DNA of 56,851 nt, filler included, from Dugesia japonica (lineage: Eukaryota): NCBI GenBank assembly GCA_001938525.1. It is 5 parts of 5 records of this genome, joined end to end, with 100 filler letters (N's around TTAATTAATTAA, not from the genome) between each part and the next. Parts side by side here need not be neighbours in the genome. Positions count along the whole stretch, not along the records: positions 36,181 to 45,687 come from MQRL01629567.1; positions 45,788 to 56,851 come from MQRL01612843.1; 3 more parts are not named here. One strand, given 5' to 3'. The notes below the pieces were generated by a model. It had not been told where the DNA came from. It saw only the letters and a list, made by a program, of their open reading frames with translations, and made no database searches. Position 1 is the first letter of the stretch; each line of letters begins with the position of its first letter. Made by a program: the position numbers and the translations under genes. Shown here piece by piece: positions 39,500 through 50,435 of the stretch.

Positions 39500-42400
39500 A
39501 CATCTTTTTTTCATACAACCATACATCAATGTACATTTCAATGTACAATGTTGATATTTTTACCACAATAAGCCATTTTGTTGCTGTAAACCATTGTTGA
39601 CAACGAATTCTGTAGTACTCAATTTGTTTTGACATTTTCAGTGGATTTGTGAACAACATTGATGGATAATAATATCCAAAAAAACTGAATACTAATATCT
39701 TTGATGGTTTATTGTAAACAGTTATCTAATGTTCTTCAATGAGATTTGATGTGTGAGTATCAACGATTAAAGCTTTACTAACAGGAATATATGCTGATCC
39801 AAGCCACTTTGATCCGATCTGATTGATCTTAATAGAATTAATTATATAAAAGTCAATAATATAATAACACTTACTTCATAATATGTATCGATCAAGCACG
39901 ATTTTGTTTAAACTAATACGGTTCTGTTGGCATTGATTTGAATTTCATTTTTGAATACTCCATAAAAAATCATTTTTTTGAATTTTCTAACCTTAATCCG
40001 TTATATGCCAGATTTTTTCCGCTTTTTTGTGATGTGTTCTTTTTTACTGAAAAATAGGTTTCGTAAAATTTTTATACGAAAAAACACTATACCTATAAAA
40101 AGTAAGTTTTTTATAAATGTTCCCAAATATGGATTGAAAGTTTTTGCTAACCTTTCCAAACTTTATATCCACTTTCAAATTTCCTTGTCAATTAATTTTG
40201 ATTTATATTTGGAGCAAGCACAAATGTAAAGAATGAATATTTGGTTTTGAATTCAAGAGTTATTCCACAATTCATATTCTTATCCTAATATCTCATATTT
40301 CTAACCACATATTGCATATATATTGTGCCCTAATTATTAATGTAAAAATTCTAAGTATATGTCTTCTGATAATCAATGATTTTAGATAAAAACATGGAAG
40401 TAACATTTAAATGTTGAAATGTTGAACTAGAGTAGTTATATGTCAGTTATAAATTGATATATAAACTTTGTTTAAATATTATCAGTTTTTAATTGTTGGG
40501 GTGAAACACACAAACTAAAGAGGAGGCAAAGCGGCCATAAATTATAAAGTACTGAAAAGAAGGAAAGAATCATAAATGTAGATGACAATACATCAAGATG
40601 ATTAAAATAAGAAGAAGAACAAGACCAAGTGGGAAAGTAATTAGTGGACGAATAAATAGGAATACCGACAGAAACGAACCTGGATAATCAAAGCCAGTAC
40701 CCGTCCTTAGTACCAATAAAAGAAAATTATAAATTATTATTGCAAGAAGAAAGAAAATTATTAACAAAAATACTTAATTACAAAAAAATATTAATTAATT
40801 AGGTTTAAAAATAAACGAAAATTAAACAAAAAATTCGTTTTTTCACTACTGGTGAGTGAGTATCAGCATACAGAAATAAACTTGAATCTAAGCAACGCAT
40901 AACCGCCCGAATTCAAATCGGCTAAATTCTCATAAGTTATCGCTGTTACTAACTTTAAGAATCATCATTATAAATATTATATTTACTATTATTATTACTA
41001 TGATTATGATTATCTTTATTATTTTAATTATTAACAGTATAATTATTACTATGACTACAATCATTATTATCATTATCAATATTATTATTATTGTTAATAT
41101 TACCTTTATTATCGATCATAGTCACCATAATAATTATTATGATTAGTATTATTATTGCGATTATTATGTTAATCGACGTATTGTTAATATGACTATTATT
41201 GCTAAACTTGTTATAATGTTTGATAATTTCAGTATTATCCCTGAATTTTTATTGTTACGGCATTTTGTATCGCTATTAGAAGGGTGATCTCCGTCACCTC
41301 TAGAAAATCTATGCTTCTCCACGAATCTGACCTTGATCCAGGGTTCTCACTCCCATGGTGCCTACTAACTATAGTTCCATTGCTAATTTTCGTCATCAAC
41401 AGGAGGTTGATTACTATCTTCACTATTTCACTCATTATTCAAATAATTTTTTTTATTAGCGATATCTTTGGGGTTCTCATATTAAGGTTACTCCGTCTAA
41501 TATTATTAACATCCATTAACTTTCATGCTTTATGTTATAAATGCTATCATAACAAAGTTGGATAACCTACTATCCAACCCAATAAGGAATACATTCCCAT
41601 ATCCATGTTAAATTCATTTAACATAATGCGGACAGCACTGGGAAGTACCCTGCGTTGGATCAAGAAACAACGTAAACACTCCCGATTAAGGCAGTATTTG
41701 GCCCAAGTACTATCACGTGGAATAGTGGAGCATCCCGACGAGACAGATTTAGCTTGTTTCGTTAAAATGTTTCCCCTGCTGAATATCTTGGATTTAGATG
41801 TACAAGAAGAGTCCCACTAAGAAATACTAGCGCGTAAAGACTCGTGGGAATAAATTATTGATTTTTTTAGGGTCATCTAATTAATATTAAGAGTGTAGTG
41901 AATTAAATAAATTATTGTAATTTTATTTATTTTTTTTATAGAATGGAATCCATATGGGAAAGAATTATTGATTGTCGAACAAGACGCATCATTTTCAGAC
42001 GACACCATAACCCGTATAACCGAGATGCCGGAATATTGGTAGATCGCTTAAATTTGCCTCCCGTAAAAGCCGCAGTAGCGTGAGTACGAAATTTTGGCGA
42101 AAAACTTAATTTCCAACACTGGAATGGACCAGTACGCAATCACACTACTGCATTCCAGTATCAACCTCCGGCCCACCCCCAGTCGTGCAGGCCTTCATCA
42201 ATAACTTGCTCTGGGGCGTTAGGGAACCCTCTGGCGTGGAGGATGCCGAAAACACAGCTCCTACCACGGACCCTACGACTAATCCGCAGCGACTCCTTTG
42301 TTTTATGGCTTGAATGTAGAAATAAATACGTGTCTTTACTTAATAATATTTTGCTTCGTTGCCTTCAGGGTTTTAATAAAAAAAAATTTTTGATGTTGTC

Positions 42401-44600
42401 ATAAGTATATTTTGCTGCCGTAAAATTGGAAAGGGTTTCAGGGAATTCCGTCATTTAGTTGATAGAATCTTTAGTAAACATTTAATATTTTGTAGTGCAT
42501 TCCTCTCTGAACCGTCATTCAGCTCCTACTAAGAAGATAAGAGACACCAGTGAGGACCAAGAAATCACTTGGGACCTCTATCGCCTGGCAAAGCGACGCT
42601 GGGAGGCCTAGATGGCAACCACCAAAAGTAAGGTGAGCCGGTATGAAAAGAAATGCCTGGCATTCAAGGCGGAAGCTGAAGCTTCACAAAAACAGGAAAG
42701 AGTCTGGAAGGCTCAATTAGAATCTTAATTAAAATAAAATAATTATTAAAATCGTAAACTACTAAAAATAACTATTTATTTTAAAATAAAAACTTTACCG
42801 AATGTTCACAATTTAAAATCAATGATAATTCTTTGTCAAATATAAAATCCTTTCTTAATAACAAAAATTTCCAACAAATAATTCCGTCATCGGAATAGTT
42901 AACTTTTCATTAATTATTTTCAGGTTTTTATCACAGCATTAAATTTTAATTTTTTTTACGACCAAATCGCCTCAAACAGGAAAGAGTCTGGAAGGCTCAA
43001 TTAGAATCTTTCACTGAGATTATCCGGTCCTATCAAGACCGAGAGAATAAACTGGTTCAAAATATTCACAAACTAAAATCTGCAATGCCTCTCGAGCCAT
43101 TTATGGTCGACAAGGGTACCCAGATTCCAAGAGCTTAATAATTGTCATTGTATAAATAAAGGTTTCTATGTTAAAATTTATTTTAATTCTATTAATTTTG
43201 CTTAGTTAATTGGCCTATCTATCGCCGATTGAATAAACTAATGTTATATCTTTTTAAGTGCCGCGAATCACTTTCCCAAACAGCTTAAGAAGATGCCACC
43301 GAATTATGCGACGTCTCTTGGTCGAGTGAAAACTTAAGCGAAAGACTGACCGAGCACTTCTGAAACACCTTAATTAGAAAGATCAGTTAATAAGAAGGCT
43401 TCAATTGATAGTCAAACGACAGAGCAGCCTGGCCGAACAAACTAAGGCTCTCGCACAAGAAACACAGTTACTGTTGCAGCGCAAAATTGAATTTTTGAAA
43501 CAGTATATTGCCGATCTCTCCCGTCAACTAGGAAACCCTACATGGGTCCAATGGGACGATAATGACGATTCGGCGTCGTTAACTTTTTTGACGACCGATC
43601 CAGCCCAGTGGTTAGACCCGGCCCACTGGATCTCATGTAATTTTTTTTTGTAAAATACAGTTTTCATTATTCGACTTATTCCAATCTTTAATAGATTCAT
43701 GGCAATAGGGAAAATAGCGAACCCAAATGCAAAGGCCTATGAGCGCGCACATCCCATTAAGCGAGAGGTCAACCACCATATGCCGAATACCTAACTTAGG
43801 GGCGTTAGGTTAAATTCTTGAAAGGGTTCCATAAGGGCTGTTTTTACCCAGCCACGTTTTCTTCGCTCAACTCAAGTGGAACCCTAACATAATTATCATT
43901 TGAATTTTAATAAATAAACTTTATGGAAGAATCTTGTGTCCTTACTAGAGTTTTTATAATCACCTTTACATTGATCTTCATTTGGAAATGTTACCAACAG
44001 AAAGCTAGCAAACGACGATCAACAAAGACTTTTTACTTATAAAACGATGCACTATTTTTACTAATTACAAACCCGACAAGCTCCTTGGTTTGCATCGGAT
44101 AAACAGCATTGTATTTACTTAATCCTATTTGATCACCAGCCAATACTGAAAGTTGAACAAGTGCACATCAAACCATTAATTTTGCATCCATCAATTGATA
44201 TTATGGTTCATCATTTGCTGATTCAAAACCACAAATTATGGTATGCTCTTTTCATTCGAATATGGACATATAATTTAATATTTACTTCGACTATTGATTT
44301 CAACGATGCTCCTGAATTCTCGTATAGAGATGATTGATAGTTTTTACAATATATATCGCATTACATCCATTGCATTCATTTTTATAAACAACATTAGAAC
44401 ATAATTTTTATGGTATTTTAGACTCATTTGTTAACATATTGATAATTTTAAAATACTGTAAAACAATTTTAAAACTCAATGTTTCTGTACTTTACTAACC
44501 CACTTTTAAATCCTCCAGAATACAGAATTGTTTCAGAATCATATAAAGTCAATTCGCATAAATAAAAGTATTAAATATACAATCTAATCAAGATGGACTT
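39500..44600 (-). mobile_element. Possible highly decayed EnSpm/CACTA-like transposase, split by the 40494-43889 insertion
   Basis: Fragment VLAGDQIGL...ACRVC near 44060-44150 resembles the GDNLG..CRxC motif; otherwise very degraded. Confidence 0.3.
40494..43889 (+). mobile_element. 3.4-kb TG..CA element (giant solo-LTR-like) with multiple exon-like cargo ORFs
   Basis: Termini TGTTGGGG...ACCCTAACA, 4-bp TSD TAAT; GC-richer blocks at about 41580-41850, 41942-42310, 42496-43138 and 43260-43640 separated by AT-rich spacers, two ending in clear AG acceptors. Confidence 0.8.
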
Positions 44601-45335
44601 TCCCAAATAAAAATTAATAAGTAAGAGGTTTATTCTAATTATCATAAAAATCAGCTGTATTTTGAAAAACTTAAAAATATCAACAAACTATATGGTTGCG
44701 AATTATTATAAATTAACAATAAAACATCTAATCTACTGTAATAGAAAAACGAAAGGTGAATGTTGCAAAAGTTGTTCAGCAGGATATAAAATTAGCAAAT
44801 TTTATAACAATTTTATCAATATTACAATTTTGATTTTAGAGGATAAATTATTAATAAATCAAATTGAAAATGGTAGATTATCATAAATTTATACAATTTA
44901 TGAGTTTAAAGTAACTTTGAAATCTTTATTAAAATTTTAAAATCGTATTTCAGTCCCGGACTTCAATAGAACTATAAAAACTTAATAATGTTCTTAATGT
45001 TAGATAAAATTTATTGAGATTTATTCATATTATCTAATGAAAAAAACATAATATGTTTATCAAACAAAACATAACTTATATATAATTTTTAGAACATTTA
45101 AATAGCTTTACAGAATAAATTCAAATCTTTGTCATTTACCTCCACAATTTTTAATATACAAATTATAATGAATTAAATGGCAAATATTTGAATTGTGTAA
45201 TGCATTTTGAAAATACAATTTCTTAAAATACTATTATAAATTTAAATTTAATAATTAAGTTGAAATTAATTTAATTACATTTTAAGTATTTAATAAAAGC
45301 TGTTTTTAGTATTTTTAAATCTTATAATATGATTA

Positions 45336-45621
45336 ATGATTCAGGCGACAAAATCAAAATTCAACGTACAATTATGCCAATTAAAACTTTTATACTTTTT
45401 CGAACTTGCAAGTAAGTAGTAAAACCGATTTTCTATTAATAATTATTAAATTTCCATGATTAGATTATTCAGCACTTCTTGTTTACCTCTCTCCTTTTAT
45501 GATTTCATGGGGTGTTACTATAACAGAATTGGCTATTATTACATCTGTCGCCCACTTAATAACATTTTTCACTCGTCCATTATTCGGTTTTATTGCAGAT
45601 AAATACCAAAACTATAAAGAG
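45336..45621 (+). CDS. MFSD6-like major facilitator transporter, first two exons (45336-45411, 45464-45621), truncated by scaffold end
   Basis: MIQATKSKFNVQLCQLKLLYFFELANYSALLVYLSPFMISWGVT..RPLFGFIADKYQNYKE; MFS motif A-like PxFGxIADK; GT-AG 52-nt intron. Confidence 0.75.
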
Positions 45622-45687
45622 GTATGATTTTCATTTGAAAATTCGACTTGGGACATTTCTAAATGTACTTAGTTGTTTTTATTTTCT

Positions 45688-45787
45688 NNNNNNNNNNNNN
45701 NNNNNNNNNNNNNNNNNNNNNNNNNNNNNNNTTAATTAATTAANNNNNNNNNNNNNNNNNNNNNNNNNNNNNNNNNNNNNNNNNNNN
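45688..45787. other. Artificial scaffold-joining linker
   Basis: 44N+TTAATTAATTAA+44N. Confidence 0.95.
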
Positions 45788-45824
45788 ATATAAATTTTAA
45801 CATATAAATTTTAATATATAAATT

Positions 45825-46181
45825 TTAACATGTTTTATTTTTCATAATTTCTTTTCTCATAATTTCTTCTAATTCTTCATCTGTGTATTTAATTTTATAA
45901 TTACTTTTTTTTTCTCTCTCAATTTCATATTCAATTGCTTTTTGTCTTAATTTATCTCTTTTAATTTTTTTCGTCCGTTCTGACATTATAAATCTATAAT
46001 AATCGGTTCCTTTTTTAAATGGAACACTTTTTTCCTTTATGGATCTTTCTTGTTCCTCACGTGTTTTATTTAACCATTCCCATGCTAAAATTTCATTTTT
46101 CTTTATTATTTCTAATTTATTAACATCTTCATTGTTATGTTTCTTATAATAAGCTTCACAATAATCGATATAATCTGTCAT
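45825..46181 (-). CDS. Hypothetical charged helical protein (118 aa) of the viral element
   Basis: Intact ORF, same strand and codon style as its neighbours; no motif recognised. Confidence 0.7.
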   Translation of the reverse strand: MTDYIDYCEAYYKKHNNEDVNKLEIIKKNEILAWEWLNKTREEQERSIKEKSVPFKKGTDYYRFIMSERTKKIKRDKLRQKAIEYEIEREKKSNYKIKYTDEELEEIMRKEIMKNKTC

Positions 46182-46316
46182 GTCCGAAGGTTAGCTACGC
46201 TTTTTTAAGATATAAATTTTAATCATAACATATACAAATTTTAACATGTCGCATTCTAACATATCAAATGTCAACATATTAACATTTAACATATCAATGG
46301 TCGCATGTAACAAGTT

Positions 46317-46931
46317 TCAGATTCCAAGTTTCATCTTCATTTCAGAAATAACTTTATTTTGATTTTCAAGTAATAATTTTAAATCAATATCCTTAGATTT
46401 CTTATGTCCACTGATCAATTCATGAACATCTGAAACCATTTTCTTAGAAATACTTAATTCTTCATCTGTTAAAATTTCATCATTAACTGCTTTCTGTTGA
46501 AATAAGAATAGTTTATTTTTAACACATTCAAGTTTAGTTATTAATTTTGAATATCTTTCTTTTCGAGATTTAACAAATGAAGTGTTCATTGTTCCAATTA
46601 CAGGCAAAACTGAAATGGCTCCCGTAATAATCGGGATTCCAATTCCAGTAAGTAAAAGACCAACTGGAGTAATAAATATTATCCCGGCTATTCCAATTCC
46701 TGCACTTAATAATATCTGTGTATATTTAATTCCAGAATCAATTCTATTCCATTTCTTTTCTAATTTCTTATAATGTTTAANTTTATCTTTAATATAGTAA
46801 AGATCATTTTCAAAATCTTTAATTCTAGATAATGACAATTTATTTTTTAAATCTTGAATTGTATAACTATCATCTCGAAGACTAGGATAAATATTTATAT
46901 TGTCAGGTTCTTCCCTTGTGGATCTTTCCAT
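46317..46931 (-). CDS. Conserved Polinton-type coiled-coil/transmembrane protein (204 aa)
   Basis: IYPSL..LSRIKD..KKW.R + Gly-rich hydrophobic hairpin (ILLSAGIGIAGIIFITPVGLLLTGIGIPIITGAISVL) + KAVNDEILTDEEL, matching a Polinton family I recall with a KALxDxxISxEEF end. Confidence 0.8.
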   Translation of the reverse strand: MERSTREEPDNINIYPSLRDDSYTIQDLKNKLSLSRIKDFENDLYYIKDKXKHYKKLEKKWNRIDSGIKYTQILLSAGIGIAGIIFITPVGLLLTGIGIPIITGAISVLPVIGTMNTSFVKSRKERYSKLITKLECVKNKLFLFQQKAVNDEILTDEELSISKKMVSDVHELISGHKKSKDIDLKLLLENQNKVISEMKMKLGI

Positions 46932-47085
46932 TTCTTAACTATAAAATTTAACATTTTAATTCTAGATAATGACAATTTATTTTTTAAATCTTGAATTGTA
47001 TAACTATCATCTCTTAAACTAGGATAAATATTGTCAGGTTCCATTTCTTAACTATAAAATTTAACATTTAACATTTAACATTCTC

Positions 47086-48855
47086 TTATAATATTATTAT
47101 AGAATAAACATAAATTCCTTTTGGTAAAGTTAATTCCATAAATTTGCCTGATAAATTAAACTTTTCTATCATATATTCTTTATTAATATCAGATTCATAT
47201 TCTTTTCTTTCGTTATTTAGTTTAATGTAATATTTAAAATTTTTCATAGAAAAACCTTTTACATATATTGTGTTAACAGTTTTTGTAAACGTTAAGGAGA
47301 TAACAAAAGGTTCTTCAACATAATAACATATGGTATTATAAATGACACTAACTTTACCTTTTACTTTAAAATCTATTCTTTCTATTTTAGTACTCATAAT
47401 AGAATAAGTAGGAGTGTCTATTTCATTTGGATATAAAACCGCAAATCTAAATGGAATATTAGAAAAAGAAGGTTCGCCTCCATATTCTATATAATTATCA
47501 AATATTTCTTTTAAAGCTTTAAAATTATAGGTTTTAAAATAAACATTTATTCTATCAACAAATGACTTGTGAAACTTTTTATTTTTATATTCTTTTTTAA
47601 ATTTTTCAAGCATTTCTAAATTATATAAATTAACATTTATTTCTTTAATATGTATATTTTCAGGTAAAACTATTACAATATAATTTATATTTAAATCACT
47701 AGTAATATCAGTACTTTCACGATAAATATTAATATCTCCGGATTCAGGTTTTACATATAAAAATGACACTGCAAGATGATTAATTCTAATGACATATGTA
47801 AACTTTTTATCAGTTTTTCCAATTATATTTATAATAATTTTTTCATTTACTTTTGTATATAAAAAAATTTCTAAAGGTTGATTAAAACTAAACATTCCAG
47901 AGTTAAAATAAACAGTTAAACCTTTATTTTTTAATTTAAAATCAGTGATATATTTATCTATAAGAGAATAACAAGGAGAATTATTAAATAAAATTGAAAA
48001 TATTTTATATTCACTTTCTTCTTTAATATAAGGAAAGTTATTATCAATTAATTCTTTTAAATCTTTAAGTGAAGAATCTGATAATGTATCTTTATATTTT
48101 TTAAATAAAATATTAATTTTATCAGAATATATTTTATGTTGTCGCTCACTTACTTTTTTAGTTTTATAGTCTAAATTTTGAATTAAAGGTTTAAATTTTT
48201 CAATTTTAGATTTCAATATGTTAAAAAGATTTATATGATCATCAAATGTTTTCTTGTTGATATTGTCATATAAAATATTAATTTTTATATTTAATTCATC
48301 AATTTCTTTTTGTAATATAGATGAATCATCATAGGTTAATTCTTTTAATTTAACTAATAAATCACTTTTTTTAAATGGAAACACTTCTAATCTTAATCTT
48401 TCAATTTCATTTTTGATATCATTATATTTTGATATTGAACATTTATTTGTTAGATTTTGAATTTTATTGTTCAAATCCGGATTATTCAAACGTTCGGCTT
48501 TATATTGTAAATAAACTTTATTGATTTCAGTTTGATCCAGTTTTAATAATCTACTGAAAATTATTTCATGTTTTTGTAATTTATATTCAAGAGACTTTAT
48601 ATATTTCAAATTAACTGCATCATTTAATTCTATAGGTTCTTCTATGATTTTTAAACATGTTATAATATCACCTGTTTCATTTACATATTTATTTTCAGCA
48701 TATGACTCTGACATTTTGATTTTAGCATTTACAGATTTCAATATTTCTGTTGAATCGTTAGAATCGGATGTTGCACCAAACTTATTCATTTTTAAATATA
48801 GAATTTTAAAGTGTTTCATATTATCATGTTGAAATGTCGCACCAAACTTATTCAT
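47086..48855 (-). CDS. Putative fibre/virion accessory protein (589 aa; likely start 48789, 567 aa)
   Basis: N-terminal MNKFG, YVNETGD..EPIELNDAVNLKYI (resembles the GD..P...DAxxKxYVD fibre motif), long coiled coil, beta-rich C-terminal domains. Confidence 0.6.
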   Translation of the reverse strand: MNKFGATFQHDNMKHFKILYLKMNKFGATSDSNDSTEILKSVNAKIKMSESYAENKYVNETGDIITCLKIIEEPIELNDAVNLKYIKSLEYKLQKHEIIFSRLLKLDQTEINKVYLQYKAERLNNPDLNNKIQNLTNKCSISKYNDIKNEIERLRLEVFPFKKSDLLVKLKELTYDDSSILQKEIDELNIKINILYDNINKKTFDDHINLFNILKSKIEKFKPLIQNLDYKTKKVSERQHKIYSDKINILFKKYKDTLSDSSLKDLKELIDNNFPYIKEESEYKIFSILFNNSPCYSLIDKYITDFKLKNKGLTVYFNSGMFSFNQPLEIFLYTKVNEKIIINIIGKTDKKFTYVIRINHLAVSFLYVKPESGDINIYRESTDITSDLNINYIVIVLPENIHIKEINVNLYNLEMLEKFKKEYKNKKFHKSFVDRINVYFKTYNFKALKEIFDNYIEYGGEPSFSNIPFRFAVLYPNEIDTPTYSIMSTKIERIDFKVKGKVSVIYNTICYYVEEPFVISLTFTKTVNTIYVKGFSMKNFKYYIKLNNERKEYESDINKEYMIEKFNLSGKFMELTLPKGIYVYSIIIL

Positions 48856-48858
48856 TTT

Positions 48859-49326
48859 TCATGTCGCACCAAACTTATTCATGTTATCATGTTGAATTTT
48901 ATCATATAAATCTTTCATTTCAGATATTATAGTATCAAAAGCTTTAGTTTTAAGAGAATATAAAAAATAAATACATAAGATTCCACATATTTCAGTTCCG
49001 AAATGTTGCACTTGAATTTTATTATAAACTTTAGTATGTTTCTCGATTTCATCTAATGGTTTTAAACCAAAAGAATCAAAATAAACTCCATTTTTAAAAG
49101 CAACCCAATGTGTCCCATTTTGATTTGAATTTTGATAATTAAAAATGTAACATTTTGAAGGTAATATTTTAAATTCCTTTCCATTGGTCAGCGTAGCGCA
49201 TTCATTTTTCATGTAAATTTCAAGATCAAGATTTAAAAAGTTAGATATTGAATATAAATCAAAATTTGTAGTCGTGTTGATTCCAAATGTTTTTAAAAAA
49301 TCTAATAATGAATAATCTTTTTCCAT
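48859..49326 (-). CDS. Adenain-like (C5-type) cysteine maturation protease (155 aa)
   Basis: N..GTHWVA..YFDSFG..P..YN..QVQ....ICG..CIYFL; catalytic His, Asp, Gln and Cys are intact. Confidence 0.95.
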   Translation of the reverse strand: MEKDYSLLDFLKTFGINTTTNFDLYSISNFLNLDLEIYMKNECATLTNGKEFKILPSKCYIFNYQNSNQNGTHWVAFKNGVYFDSFGLKPLDEIEKHTKVYNKIQVQHFGTEICGILCIYFLYSLKTKAFDTIISEMKDLYDKIQHDNMNKFGAT

Positions 49327-49380
49327 TTATTAAATAACAGTTTTAAGTAATAACATGTTATGTCTTTATGGTTTTGGTTT

Positions 49381-49661
49381 TTTAAAATCTAAATGTAGAA
49401 TGTTAACATGTTAAAATCTAAATGTAGAATGTTAACTTGTTAAAATCTATATATTAACTTGTTAAAATCTAAATATTAACTTGTTAAAATCTAAATGTAG
49501 AATGTTAAAATCTAAATGTAGAATGTTAACTTGTTAAAATCTAAATATTAAAATCTATATATTAACTTGTTAAAATCTAAATGTAGAATGTTAAAATCTA
49601 AATGTAGAATGTTAACTTGTTAAAATCTAAATATTAAAATCTAAATATTAAAATCTATATA
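49381..49661. repeat. Intergenic tandem array (TTAAAATCTAAATGTAGAATG / TTAACTTG modules)
   Basis: Direct; lies between protease and penton. Confidence 0.9.
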
Positions 49662-50399
49662 TTAAAATCGATATTTTCTTAGATGAACTAAAATTGTAAT
49701 TGTTTCTTGGTTAAAATCCATCGTGTTAAAGTTTTCATCTACAATGTTAAATTTAAAATTATCAATGTAATCTGTGTTAATTTTAGAATAAATAGGTGGA
49801 GATGGACGTTCAACTATTTTATATCCAAATGGTACTGTGTTAATAGGAAATGAATATAAAAGATTAATTTGTTTTGTTTCTTTGTTGGTTGTTGAATAGT
49901 TACCTTTGACAATGTCGCATGTAATATTTATCGCATTAATATTTATAATGTTGATTTTATCAGAAGAATAGTAATCCCCAGGTACATATTTTCCAGGTTT
50001 AAATCCTAGGATAGTATGTAAGAATGAATTAGAATCAAAAGTTATTGTTACTTTAGTTTTGATGTTACATTTAGATGTTGCAGTGTCAGGTGTAATTTCG
50101 AGATATTTCTCTAATCTAGATGACATTTCTTTTACTTCATATGATCCAGGTTCTAAGAATTTGTCTCCTTTTATAGTTTCTTCTCTTTCTGGCTTTATGG
50201 TTTTTGGTTTTTCTGGTTCTTTTATTAATATTTTACCTTCAACATGGAATTTGTTATTTAAATCGGTGATATTAAAAATAATATTGTAGCATGAAAAATA
50301 TAATAATCCAAGTTCGTATTCTGAATCTAATTTAAATGGATAATTCATGTTAACTTTTAAATTATCTTCTGTTCCAACTACTAAGAATTGATGAGACAT
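49662..50399 (-). CDS. Minor capsid protein / penton (single jelly roll), 245 aa from MSHQF
   Basis: YPFKLDSEYELGLLYF..YN.IFNI...NNKF..PGSYEV..ILGF..INITCDIVKGNY..LYSF..PFGYKIVERP..PIY.....IVDEN....DF..ETITILVHLR, the typical Polinton penton signature; the track start at 50459 lies in repeats. Confidence 0.9.
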   Translation of the reverse strand: MSHQFLVVGTEDNLKVNMNYPFKLDSEYELGLLYFSCYNIIFNITDLNNKFHVEGKILIKEPEKPKTIKPEREETIKGDKFLEPGSYEVKEMSSRLEKYLEITPDTATSKCNIKTKVTITFDSNSFLHTILGFKPGKYVPGDYYSSDKINIININAINITCDIVKGNYSTTNKETKQINLLYSFPINTVPFGYKIVERPSPPIYSKINTDYIDNFKFNIVDENFNTMDFNQETITILVHLRKYRF

Positions 50400-50435
50400 A
50401 TGTAGTGATTTCTTATAAGAAATATTTAGAGTTAT

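Noticed and set aside
45336-46181. Virus integrated into the MFS transporter gene
   Set aside because: The two are separated by an artificial linker, so there is no junction evidence
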